Assembly (NCBI GenBank): GCA_964652605.1
Contig: CAZZBH010000001.1
Location: 12,670-76,669 of the forward strand
Reading direction: 5' to 3'
Length of the DNA stretch: 64,000 nt
From: an uncultured Planctomycetaceae bacterium
GTDB lineage: Bacteria; Planctomycetota; UBA8742; UBA2392
Shown here: positions 44,844-53,819 of the stretch, piece by piece
How positions within the stretch are numbered: the stretch's first letter is position 1
Layout of the letters: the number at the start of each line of letters is the position of its first letter
Position numbers and translations under genes: made by a program
The notes under the pieces: generated by a model
Databases searched by the model: none
What the model saw: the letters and a program-made list of their open reading frames with translations, nothing else
Told to the model about the DNA's origin: nothing

Positions 44844-46751
44844 ATGCCGATCCGCCTGCTGCCGCCTGAAATCGCCAACAAAATCGCCGCCGGCGAGGTG
44901 GTTGAGCGGCCAGCCAGCGTGGTCAAAGAGCTGGTAGAAAACGCACTGGATGCCGGTGCCACCCGCATTGACGTGCAGCTTGTGGACGCGGGAAAAACCC
45001 TGATACGCGTAGCCGACGACGGCATCGGCATGGACCGCCAGGACCTGCTGCTGGCATTCGAGCCGCACGCCACCAGCAAGATCACCGACGTCGAGGACCT
45101 GTTTCAGGTTTCCACCCACGGCTTTCGCGGCGAGGCGCTGGCCAGCATCCAGAGCGTTTCGCGCGCCAGCATCACTACCCGCACGCGCGCCGCGGCGGCT
45201 GCGCTGACGCTGGAATGCGCCGGCGGGCGCGTCGGCGAGGTGCGCGAAGCCGCCGGCGATTACGGCACCATCATCGAGGTGCGCGACCTGTTCTTCAACG
45301 TTCCCGCGCGCAGGCGCTGGCTTAAGGGCGACGGCACCGAGTTCAGCCATGTCGTCGAGTGGCTGACCGGCTTGGCCGCCGCCAACCCTGAAGTCGGGTT
45401 CACGCTGCGCCACGGCGAGCGCAAGGCGCTGGAAGTCCCGCCGCGGCAAGAAGCCGCTGAGCGTGTGCGGACGCTGTTCGCCGACCGCTTTCCCGAGGGA
45501 CTGCTGGAGGTGCATGAGTACGAGGGCTACGGGCGACTTGATGGCTACATCGCGCCGCCGGCGACGCACCGCCCCAACAGCAAGGGCCTGCTGCTGTACG
45601 TGAACCGGAGGTTGATCCGTGACCGCTCGTTGATGCAGGCGGCACTGCTGGCCTATCGCGAGTTTCTTCCGCCCGGGCGCTACCCGGTGGCGGTGCTGTT
45701 CTTGACGATTCCGCCCGACACTGTGGACGTCAACGTGCATCCCGCCAAGACCGAAGTGCGGCTGCTGGAGCAGAACCGCATCTTTGCCCTGATCAAGTCC
45801 AGCCTGACCGAAAAACTGCTCAACGCCGGCGTGCTGCCCACCTTCAAGCCGACGGGTGCGTGGGGCCCGCAGGCCCGGCCCGACACGCAGCACGAGCCGC
45901 GCTTTGACCTGGATCAGCCCAGGCTGTTCGACGCCGACGCGGAATCCCGCGCCCGGCAAGCCGAACAGCGCTGGAGCGAAGCACGGCGCGTGCTAGAGGA
46001 TGTGGTGGGGCCGAGTGTCTCACGCTTCGAGGTGCGACAGCCGGGTGAGCGCGGATCGGAAATCGGGCACCGGGAATCGCATGAGCGGCAGCCGGCAGGC
46101 GGCAGTTGGCAACCGGACACCGCTGGGGGGCCTTTGCCAGGTCCCCAATCGCCGGTCCCCAGCCCCCAAACCCTGATCACCCGGGCCCGCGCGCTGTTCC
46201 AGGTGGGCGCGACATTCATTGTTGTCGAAACGGAAACCGGCATGGTTCTGATCGATCAGCATGCCTACCACGAGCGCATCCTGTACTGGCTGCTGGAAAA
46301 CCGCATCCAGAGCAACCCGCCCGAGCGCCAGCGCCTGCTGGTGCCGCAGCCGCTTAATCTGTCGCCCGCGGCGTCGGCGCTGGTGGAGGCGCACCGCGAG
46401 ACACTGCGAGAGTTCGGGTTTGAACTGGCACCCCATCCGCCGGGGTGGGCGTTGACCGCGATCCCCAAGTACAGTGTCAGCGGCAAGCACCAGGAGGTCG
46501 TGCAGGAGATCGTCGAGGAGCTGGCCAACGACCGCGCGCCACAAACACCCGAGGCTCTGCGCAAAAGCATGGTCGAAATGGTCGCCTGCAAAGCCGCAAT
46601 CAAAGCCGGCGACACGCTTGAGCCCCGGCAGATTCTGGACCTGCTCAAGCTCGGCGAGACGGTGCCGCACACGTTCTCATGCCCGCACGGCCGGCCAACC
46701 ACCTATCAGCTCAGCTTCACAGACCTCGAGAAGCTATTCCATCGTCGGTAA
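44844..46751 (+). CDS. mutL: DNA mismatch repair protein MutL
   Basis: GHKL ATPase N-terminus ([40 protein letters not shown]) and a C-terminal dimerisation/endonuclease domain (ACKAAIKAGD, CPHGRP). Confidence 0.9.
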   Translation: MPIRLLPPEIANKIAAGEVVERPASVVKELVENALDAGATRIDVQLVDAGKTLIRVADDGIGMDRQDLLLAFEPHATSKITDVEDLFQVSTHGFRGEALASIQSVSRASITTRTRAAAAALTLECAGGRVGEVREAAGDYGTIIEVRDLFFNVPARRRWLKGDGTEFSHVVEWLTGLAAANPEVGFTLRHGERKALEVPPRQEAAERVRTLFADRFPEGLLEVHEYEGYGRLDGYIAPPATHRPNSKGLLLYVNRRLIRDRSLMQAALLAYREFLPPGRYPVAVLFLTIPPDTVDVNVHPAKTEVRLLEQNRIFALIKSSLTEKLLNAGVLPTFKPTGAWGPQARPDTQHEPRFDLDQPRLFDADAESRARQAEQRWSEARRVLEDVVGPSVSRFEVRQPGERGSEIGHRESHERQPAGGSWQPDTAGGPLPGPQSPVPSPQTLITRARALFQVGATFIVVETETGMVLIDQHAYHERILYWLLENRIQSNPPERQRLLVPQPLNLSPAASALVEAHRETLREFGFELAPHPPGWALTAIPKYSVSGKHQEVVQEIVEELANDRAPQTPEALRKSMVEMVACKAAIKAGDTLEPRQILDLLKLGETVPHTFSCPHGRPTTYQLSFTDLEKLFHRR

Positions 46752-46795
46752 GGCGTTTTCTCGCAGAGGCGCGGAGACGCAGAGAACTGCTGACA

Positions 46796-46854
46796 GTCAG
46801 GATTTTCAGGATGGATCAGGAAGAAAGCTTCCTGATCATCCTGTGAATCCTGAC
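46796..46854. repeat. imperfect 27-28-bp inverted repeat (word-periodic arms) between convergent mutL and tatD
   Basis: GTCAGGATTTTCAGGATGGATCAGGAAG (46796-46823) pairs with CTTCCTGATCATCCTGTGAATCCTGAC (46828-46854). The left arm contains TCAGGA three times. Confidence 0.8.
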
Positions 46855-46951
46855 CGCTGTCTTTGCCCATATGGCGTGATGCGGCGAGGGGCTTGCTCCT
46901 TTGTTTCACGCTGTGCAGTTCTTCGTGGCTCAGTATCTTTGTGTGAGACCC

Positions 46952-47725
46952 TCAAATCTTCAGCACCGCGCGGGCGTTGGCTGTCGTGCGGGCGAAGACT
47001 TCTTCCGGTGTGATGCCCCAGATCTCGGCTAACTTTTCGGCTGTGTGTCGCACGAAGCCTGGCTCGTTGCGCTTGCCTCTCTGGGCCTGCGGCGCGAGAA
47101 AGGGCGCGTCAGTTTCGACCACCGCATCGTCGGGCGTCAGCGCCGCCGCGGCTTGGCGGATCACGTCGCAGGACTTGTTCTTGAACGTGATCTGCCCGGC
47201 GAAGCTGATCTTGAACCCCAGCTCTTTCCAGCCCAGCGCTTCTTCGGGACCGTCTGAAAAGCAGTGCGCAAAGCCCTTCCAGCCGCGCGGGTGCACCTTG
47301 CGGATGATTCTCTCGCAGATCTTGAACGCATCGCGCGAGTGGATGCACACCGGCTTTCCCAGCTCGCCCGCGAGCTCAAGCTGCTTTTCGAACGCGCGCT
47401 CCTGCTCGGGCATGGGCGAGGGGGATTTGACGGTGTCGATGCCCATCTCGCCGAACAGCACGACCTCGGGCTGAGAAAGCAGCTCGCGGAACTCGCGCTC
47501 GACTTCGGGCGTATAGTGAACGGCGTCGTAGGGGTGGCAGCCGACACTGGCGTAGATGCGGCCGGGATGCGCGCGTGCCAGCGCAAGCGCCTCTCGCCCC
47601 CCCTGCGGCAACATGCCGATGCACACCATGCGCGAGACACCGGCTTCGGATGCACGCGCCAGCATCGCGTCAAAGTCGGCGCGGTAATCCTCGAAATTGA
47701 TGTGACAGTGCGTGTCGATCAGCAT
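46952..47725 (-). CDS. TatD-family metal-dependent hydrolase
   Basis: MLIDTHCHINFEDY start motif, with EMGID, HSRDA and ETDAPFL motifs. An alternative upstream start at 47758 is possible. Confidence 0.85.
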   Translation of the reverse strand: MLIDTHCHINFEDYRADFDAMLARASEAGVSRMVCIGMLPQGGREALALARAHPGRIYASVGCHPYDAVHYTPEVEREFRELLSQPEVVLFGEMGIDTVKSPSPMPEQERAFEKQLELAGELGKPVCIHSRDAFKICERIIRKVHPRGWKGFAHCFSDGPEEALGWKELGFKISFAGQITFKNKSCDVIRQAAAALTPDDAVVETDAPFLAPQAQRGKRNEPGFVRHTAEKLAEIWGITPEEVFARTTANARAVLKI

Positions 47726-47790
47726 GAGCGTCGGGTTTGGACCTTGAGTGTTCTGCATCCGGTAGCCGAGAGGGAGTTGCCCGCGAAGAT

Positions 47791-47856
47791 ACACGAAGTA
47801 ACACGAAGGGGTTCAAATCGGTTTGCCTGCTTGGTGTTCCTTCGTGTGCCTTCGTG
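47791..47856. repeat. intergenic hairpin sharing the CACGAAG word with the 8394-8552 element
   Basis: ACACGAAGTAACACGAAGG (47791-47809) pairs with CCTTCGTGTGCCTTCGTG (47839-47856). Confidence 0.8.
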
Positions 47857-47867
47857 GGCCATTGCCG

Positions 47868-48659
47868 TTACTCATTGTCCGCCAGCAGCTTACGCGCGCG
47901 CTGTTGCCATACGCCAAACTCGTACGCTGCGCCGGCTGGCACGGTGGCGTCGGGGCCCAGCAGGTGCTTGCTCAATCGCTCGCGGGCCTGTTGCGCGAAA
48001 TCGGGGTTGTCCTTGTCGTCGGCCCAGGCGAGCTCCCACTCGGCAAGGTAAAGCTGGTTTTCCGGCCACTCGGGCGCGATTTCGACCGCCGCTTCCAGTT
48101 GCTTGCGTGCGTTCCGCAGGCTGCCGATGCTGGCCGGCGGGCCCGGCGCGCGCAGCAGCAGCACACCGTACACGCGCTGCGGCCCGCCGTGGGCGATATC
48201 CGCGCCCTGCTCGATCAATCCCGTCATGCGCGATTCGATCTGCCTGACCGCATCCAGGCCGTAGCGGTTGTCCAGGTCACCCAGCAATCCGCCCAGCACG
48301 CCATGGTAGAAGCGCGCCTCAACCCCCTCCGGCTGAAGCTTCAGCGCCGTATTCACGTACGTAATTCCGTTGCGCACGTGCCTTTCGCGCTCGGTGCTGC
48401 CGTACTCGCCAAGCCATGCAGTGACACGCGCGGCTTGCCACAGTGTGCCGTAGTCGTCACTGCGATGACTCAACGCGGCGGCAAAGGCTGCGGCGCTTTC
48501 TTCAACGCCTTCGATCGTGCGCGGGTCGCGCTCAAAAGCCTGCCGTGCCTGCGCGACAAGCTGGTCGTACTGCTCGCCGCCGCCGCTGCGCTGCTCCAGT
48601 GTGTCCTGCGGAAGCTGGCTGCACGCAATCAGCGTCCCAGCCACCAGGAACAGACCCAT
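47868..48659 (-). CDS. TPR-like lipoprotein (possibly TatT-like)
   Basis: Lipobox LVAGTLIACSQ. The helical-repeat body resembles TatT-type TPR proteins. This assignment is weak. Confidence 0.45.
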   Translation of the reverse strand: MGLFLVAGTLIACSQLPQDTLEQRSGGGEQYDQLVAQARQAFERDPRTIEGVEESAAAFAAALSHRSDDYGTLWQAARVTAWLGEYGSTERERHVRNGITYVNTALKLQPEGVEARFYHGVLGGLLGDLDNRYGLDAVRQIESRMTGLIEQGADIAHGGPQRVYGVLLLRAPGPPASIGSLRNARKQLEAAVEIAPEWPENQLYLAEWELAWADDKDNPDFAQQARERLSKHLLGPDATVPAGAAYEFGVWQQRARKLLADNE

Positions 48660-48679
48660 GCCAACCCACTTTGACCTGT

Positions 48680-49606
48680 TCACTTCGCAGCCCATTTCTC
48701 TTGCGCCTTGTTCAGCCTGGCATTGTCCGGTTCGCGGAAGGTCGGGGACTGGATCAGCTCGCCGATCTTCTTGCCCGCGGCGTCTTTATCCAGCCCGGTC
48801 AGCGCCTTGATCAGCGCGTCGCGCACGCCTTCAAGGCGACCGTCCACCTCGACAACCAGGTCCTGTGGCAGCAGCGCGCTTTGCAGGCCCTGTTGCAGCG
48901 TCTTCAGGTCTGCGTCTTTCTGCATCGCCGCCAGGGTCACCCGATCTACCAGCACGAAATCCGGCGCGTCTTTTTCGCTGTCGATGATGGCATAGCCGGC
49001 GTCGGCGAGATTATCACGCTGCACCCACTCGATCGCCGCTGCCCCCTCAGGTGCCGGGAGCACCACCTTGTTCAGCCAGTCCTTGTCGGCAGTCAATGTC
49101 GTCGCCACGCGCTTGCCGGCTGGATACTTGTCGGCTTTGGTCTTGCCGACCAGCGTGAACTGCTCGCCGTCGTTGTTGCCGCGCTTGGCCTCAGCCAGCG
49201 GGGTGAGCTTCAGCTTTTCCTTGTGCTGAAAGTAGAACGCCGGGCTGACAATCGCCACGGCGACCGGCGCCTTGTCGTCTTCAAACAGCTTCAGCGCCTC
49301 GGCTGGCTGGTTGCGCACGCCCCGCCGCTTGAAGGCAACTTCGGGCTCGGTGATGGCTTTACCCAGGTGGTGCGCGAAGCTGTCGATCGCATCGCCGGCT
49401 TGCTTGTCGTTGGCGTAGCGCTCGCCAAGCTTATAGACCGCGAGGCCAAGCTCTTTGGGTTTCTCCGCTGCGGGTGTTTCCTGCGTGTTCGCCGCCACCG
49501 GGCTGAGAACGAAGGCGCAGGCGGCAACGAACCACAATGACCAAAGCCGGAGGGGACGCTTCACCGGTAGCTGGTAGCCTTGCTTCTGCTCGTGGTTACA
49601 GATCAT
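48680..49606 (-). CDS. secreted hypothetical protein
   Basis: Signal-like LRLWSLWFVAACAFVLSPVAA. It lies immediately downstream of the RND gene on the same strand. The start may be ATG 49606 or GTG 49618. Confidence 0.5.
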   Translation of the reverse strand: MICNHEQKQGYQLPVKRPLRLWSLWFVAACAFVLSPVAANTQETPAAEKPKELGLAVYKLGERYANDKQAGDAIDSFAHHLGKAITEPEVAFKRRGVRNQPAEALKLFEDDKAPVAVAIVSPAFYFQHKEKLKLTPLAEAKRGNNDGEQFTLVGKTKADKYPAGKRVATTLTADKDWLNKVVLPAPEGAAAIEWVQRDNLADAGYAIIDSEKDAPDFVLVDRVTLAAMQKDADLKTLQQGLQSALLPQDLVVEVDGRLEGVRDALIKALTGLDKDAAGKKIGELIQSPTFREPDNARLNKAQEKWAAK

Positions 49607-49638
49607 TTCGCCTTGCACCCTTGCCCCAAGCCAAACGC

Positions 49639-52365
49639 TTAAACACGCCTTCCTCTTTCATTGAACCATGCGAGCAGCGCCGGCACGACTACCACGCTGG
49701 CCATCAATCCAGCCACGCTGCCCACGATCAGTACCAGGCCCAGCGAAACGATGCCCTGGTGGCTTGCCAGCGCCAGCGCCCCGAACCCGAACATGGTGGT
49801 CAATCCGCACAGCAGGCACGCGCCGCGTGTCTGCCGCAGCGTGCGGCGCGGGTCGCCGTGGCGCTGCGAATGCACAAGGTACACCCCGGCATCGACGGTG
49901 GTGCCGATAAGGATCGGCACGCCGAAAAAGTTGGCGAAGTTGAACGAAAGGTTCGTCATCGTCATCACCGCCAACAGCACAGACAGGCTGGCCAGCAGCG
50001 GCAGCAGCGCGATCAGCAGCGCCAGCGGGCGGCGCAGATCAATCAGCAGCAACGCAAAAATCGCGACCAGCGCGTACACAACGCTGGCGGCAAAGCCGGC
50101 GGCGATCAGCGTGCCGCTGTCATGGATCTGGATCGTCACGCCGGTGGCCTGCGGGTCAATCGCCAGCACCGCCTCGTTGAACGCCCGCGAGTTTTCGCGC
50201 ACCCAGGTGTCGGCCGTCGGATAGAGATACAGCGCGTACAGCGCCTCGCCGCCGGGGCCCGTGCCGACGTAGCGGTGGCGCAGCACCTCCGGCAGCGTTG
50301 CAGCGCTGACCGGCGGCGGGGCGCAATCGCGCTTCAGCTCAATCAGCCGCCGCGCGAATCCGCCGAAGTACGCCGGCTCCACCTCTGTCAGGCGCGCCTG
50401 CACGTGATCGGGGCGCTGGCGGGTCAGCTCAATCAGCGACGCCGCCGCGGCAGATGCCTGCTGGAACGCCTCATCAAAGCCGGGCCCGCGCGCGCGCAGC
50501 TCAAGCAGCGCCGCCTGGACGCCACGCACCGCCGCGCGCAATTCCGGCACGTCTGTAACGCTGGTTGGCTCAGCAATGGTCTGCGGCAGCGCATTGCCGA
50601 TGCGTGCCAGAACGGCCCGGCTTTCGGCTTCGTGCTCGGGCAACATGCTTTCCGTGCCGCGCACGATGCCCGCGTCGATCAATGGCTGGTACTCGCGCCG
50701 CAGTTCGCGCAGCTCGGCCAGACTGTCGCGGATGCTGACGGCATAGCTCGCGCGCTGGTCGTGCCGGATCAGCAGGTTTTCCCAGTGCACGCCGGCGCTG
50801 GAGGGGTCATTCAACTCAAGCAGGTTGTAGTCAAACGGCACCCACCCGCGCGCAAAGTTCACAACCGTCACCGCCCCAGCCGCCAGTACCAGCAGCAACA
50901 CGCACAGCGCCGCCCCCCGCGCCAGGCGACCCACCGCCGGTCGGGACACAGGCGCGCTGTCGGCGTCGCGCATTGCGGCGCGCAAAGCCGGGTTGCCCTC
51001 GCCCACGCGCCGCTGGTCGTGCAGCACGAGCGCGGCTGGAAAAACGACCAGCATCGCCAGCAGGCAGAACCCGATGCCCATGCCGCAGATCAGCCCCAGC
51101 TCGGCCAGGCCCAGAAAGTCGGTCAGCACGGCCGTCGAAAGCGCTGCGGCGGTGGTTACCGCGCCAAGCACCGTGCCCATGCCGATCTCGGCGTAGGTCT
51201 CGGTCAAGGCCTCCTGCACCGTCAGCCCGTGCGCCAAGCCTGTCCGGTAATGACTCAGCAGGTGGATGCCGAAGTCGATCCCCAAGCCGACAAGCACCAC
51301 GGCAAACACCATCGCAAAGATGTTCAGGTGCCCGATGAACAGCGTCGTCGCCCCGAATGTCCAGCAAAGCGCCAGCACCAGGCACAGCACCGCGATCAGC
51401 GGCCGCGACACACTGCGAAACGCAAACACAAACAGCAGCCCAACGGCCAGTACCGCAAACGCCGTGGCAATGCTCATGTCGCGGCTGCTGGCTGCCATCT
51501 CGTCGCTGTAGATCACCGGGCGCCCGGTCAGTCCGATCGAAAGGCCAGGGTAGTCGCTTTCGACCGCCGCGACTGACTCGCGCGCAAACTGCAGCGGGGC
51601 CGCTACCTGGTTCAGCGCGCCCGGGTTGCGCGTCGGCAGAATCGCCACGTACAACAGCCGCGCGTCCCACAGAAACAGATAGCCGTCGCTGTCCAGCCCG
51701 GGGTCGCTGCTGCGGAACTCGAGCATGGCACTCGGCGGCGGCGCACCCGAGGGCGCGCTTAAGCCGGCGTGCACATCGCGCAGCAGGGCATCAAGCTGAT
51801 CACCGGCTTGTTGCAGCGCAGCCGCGTCGGCGCTGCCCGCGCCCTGCTCAAGGGCGTTGCGCAGGCCGGCAAACAGGCCGGGAAAAGACGGCTGCTGCGC
51901 CACGCTGTTCAGCACGGGTTTCGATTGCTCGACCTGCCGGGCAATGGCTTCGAGGTCGGCTTGCGGCAGGTACAGCATCCGGGTCGCGCCGAAATCCTCG
52001 GCTGGCACGCGGTCGATGATGCGCGGGAACAGGTCCGGCCGCGTCTGCAGCCGCTCCACCACACGAGAAGCCGCCTGTTTCATGCGTTCGCGCGTTTCAG
52101 GCCCGGGTACAGGCGGGTTGTAGCCGGGGTTGCCGACCGGGCCCGGCGCCTCGCCGATCACAAGCAGCATCAACTCCTGGTCGCCGAAAGCATCCAGGAA
52201 GCGCAGAAAGCGGCGGTTGTACTCAGCGTCCGAGTTCACCAGTGCGTTGCGGTCGGTGACAAACTCCAGCTGCGTCACCGAGTAAAGCACAGAGCCAGCC
52301 GCACCCGCCACCGCCGCCAGCACAATCCATAGCGCGCGGCGGCATACAAAGCGGGCCAACGCCAT
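49639..52365 (-). CDS. MMPL/RND-superfamily transporter (HpnN-like, inferred from context)
   Basis: About 908 aa with two blocks of 6 TM helices, each preceded by a large soluble loop. It is divergently paired with an HpnA-like epimerase. Confidence 0.75.
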   Translation of the reverse strand: MALARFVCRRALWIVLAAVAGAAGSVLYSVTQLEFVTDRNALVNSDAEYNRRFLRFLDAFGDQELMLLVIGEAPGPVGNPGYNPPVPGPETRERMKQAASRVVERLQTRPDLFPRIIDRVPAEDFGATRMLYLPQADLEAIARQVEQSKPVLNSVAQQPSFPGLFAGLRNALEQGAGSADAAALQQAGDQLDALLRDVHAGLSAPSGAPPPSAMLEFRSSDPGLDSDGYLFLWDARLLYVAILPTRNPGALNQVAAPLQFARESVAAVESDYPGLSIGLTGRPVIYSDEMAASSRDMSIATAFAVLAVGLLFVFAFRSVSRPLIAVLCLVLALCWTFGATTLFIGHLNIFAMVFAVVLVGLGIDFGIHLLSHYRTGLAHGLTVQEALTETYAEIGMGTVLGAVTTAAALSTAVLTDFLGLAELGLICGMGIGFCLLAMLVVFPAALVLHDQRRVGEGNPALRAAMRDADSAPVSRPAVGRLARGAALCVLLLVLAAGAVTVVNFARGWVPFDYNLLELNDPSSAGVHWENLLIRHDQRASYAVSIRDSLAELRELRREYQPLIDAGIVRGTESMLPEHEAESRAVLARIGNALPQTIAEPTSVTDVPELRAAVRGVQAALLELRARGPGFDEAFQQASAAAASLIELTRQRPDHVQARLTEVEPAYFGGFARRLIELKRDCAPPPVSAATLPEVLRHRYVGTGPGGEALYALYLYPTADTWVRENSRAFNEAVLAIDPQATGVTIQIHDSGTLIAAGFAASVVYALVAIFALLLIDLRRPLALLIALLPLLASLSVLLAVMTMTNLSFNFANFFGVPILIGTTVDAGVYLVHSQRHGDPRRTLRQTRGACLLCGLTTMFGFGALALASHQGIVSLGLVLIVGSVAGLMASVVVVPALLAWFNERGRRV

Positions 52366-52491
52366 CAGCGCCTGCTGCCTGCGTCCATGTATCGGGGCTT
52401 CACTCACCGGCGCAATGTAGTGGCGCGGCGGACTTCTAACCACTGTGGGGACACAGCCTGCCAAGCGCGCACGCCATTGTATGCTTCCGCC

Positions 52492-53526
52492 ATGAAGCAG
52501 GCTTTCGTCACCGGGGCATCAGGGTTCATCGGCGGGGCCGTCGCGCGCGAGCTTGTCGCCGACGGCGTGCACGTGCGCGTGCTGTTGCGAAAGGGTGCGT
52601 CGCGGGTGGCGCTGGACGGCCTTGACGTTGAGGTCATCGACGGCGACCTTCTCGACGCCGCCGCGCTCGCACGCGGCTTGGTGGGTTGCGACGCCTGCTT
52701 TCACGTGGCGGGCATCAGCCGCCTTGACCTGCGCGGCCGCGGCGACATCCGCCGCATGTACGACGCCAACGATCGCGGCGCCGGCATGGTCCTGCGCACA
52801 GCCGCCGAGGCCGGATGCGACCGCATCGTGCACACCAGCACCGTCGCGATCATCGGCCAGGCCAACGGCCGCCCCAGCAACGAGGACGACATTGCCGCCG
52901 AGGCAGACCTGGCCGTGCACTACCAGCGCAGCAAACACGCCGGCGAGCAGCGCGCACTGAAGCTCGCCGCGGAAGGTGCCCCCGTGGTCGTGGTCAACCC
53001 CAGCGCCCCGATGGGGCCCTTCGACGTTAAGCCGACGCCCACCGGCCGCGTGGTGCTGGACTTTCTGCTGCGCCGCATGCCGGGGTACATGGAGACCGGC
53101 TTGAACGTGATCGACGTGCAGGACTGCGCGCGCGGGCATATCCTGGCGGCACAGAAGGGGGCGTCCGGGCGGCGGTATATCCTGGGGCACGAAAACCTGT
53201 CGATTCTCGAAATTTTCACCATGCTGTCAGAGCTGACAGGCATCCCCGCGCCGCGCTTCAGGGTCCCGAAGTTCGTGGGCATTCTCACCGGCGCCGCCAG
53301 CGAGTTGAAAGCACGCTTCACGGGCAAACCCGCGCGCGTGCCGCTGGCCGGCGTGCGCATGGCGCTCAAACCCATGTTCTACGACAACACACGCGCACGC
53401 ACCGAGTTGGGAATGCCAACAAGAGACGTGCGCGAGACGCTAAGCCGAGCAGCCGCCTGGTTCATAGAGCACAACTACGCACCCAAGCCACCCAAGCAAA
53501 TCGGCCACGGCAAAGACTCAGCTTGA
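52492..53526 (+). CDS. NAD-dependent epimerase/dehydratase (hopanoid-associated HpnA-like)
   Basis: Starts MKQAFVTGASGFIGGAVARELV (GxxGxxG). The YxxxK site is YQRSK. Extended-SDR, dihydroflavonol-reductase-like layout. Confidence 0.75.
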   Translation: MKQAFVTGASGFIGGAVARELVADGVHVRVLLRKGASRVALDGLDVEVIDGDLLDAAALARGLVGCDACFHVAGISRLDLRGRGDIRRMYDANDRGAGMVLRTAAEAGCDRIVHTSTVAIIGQANGRPSNEDDIAAEADLAVHYQRSKHAGEQRALKLAAEGAPVVVVNPSAPMGPFDVKPTPTGRVVLDFLLRRMPGYMETGLNVIDVQDCARGHILAAQKGASGRRYILGHENLSILEIFTMLSELTGIPAPRFRVPKFVGILTGAASELKARFTGKPARVPLAGVRMALKPMFYDNTRARTELGMPTRDVRETLSRAAAWFIEHNYAPKPPKQIGHGKDSA

Positions 53527-53819
53527 CCCAAAGAACCAACAAGCAGCCAAGCCCGCTGACCTCCAGCTGGGCGGCATGACAGCGAGGCCTTTGAAGCCCG
53601 CCGCAAACGCGCGCCCAGTTCTTCGGTTCACTGACAGCAAATCCGACGTCGGCAGCAAATCAGCCGAACTACCACAAATCTGGAGACCGCGCGCCCAGAC
53701 CATTACCCTGCTTTTACGCAATCATGACGAAATTGCAGTAGGATAAGGCTTTCCTTGAGCTCAATTCGAAATAGACTCTTGGCACACGCAGGGAACCGAA
53801 CCCGTACGAAAGGGAAACC

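Larger units (their letters stand above)
41937..44944. repeat. tandem direct duplication, 2 x 1504 bp
   Basis: Unit 41937-43440 repeats at 43441-44944. Every ORF in the track recurs with identical translation at a +1504 offset. The junction shows a 2-nt CA microhomology. Confidence 0.9.

Noticed and set aside
44772-45959. 395-aa ORF on the minus strand
   Set aside because: It is antisense to mutL and has no recognisable motifs. The same reasoning applies to 39447..41051, 60630..61925, 14217..15404, 11986..12951, 26161..27234 and 41328..42509.
49537-51576. 679-aa ORF on the plus strand
   Set aside because: It is antisense to the RND/MMPL transporter gene. The Arg/Gln/His-rich low-complexity translation makes it a high-GC artefact.
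53649-53658. 10-nt TCGGCAGCAA present on both flanks of the low-GC cassette (also at 58146-58155) as possible att sites
   Set aside because: It is too short to distinguish from chance in 64 kb, and no integrase is present. It is noted only as something to re-examine if homologous cassettes show the same flanks.
53780-53796. TGGCAC-N5 sequence upstream of the capsid-like gene as a sigma-54 promoter
   Set aside because: The -12 element is GGGAA instead of TTGC(A/T), so it does not fit the consensus.
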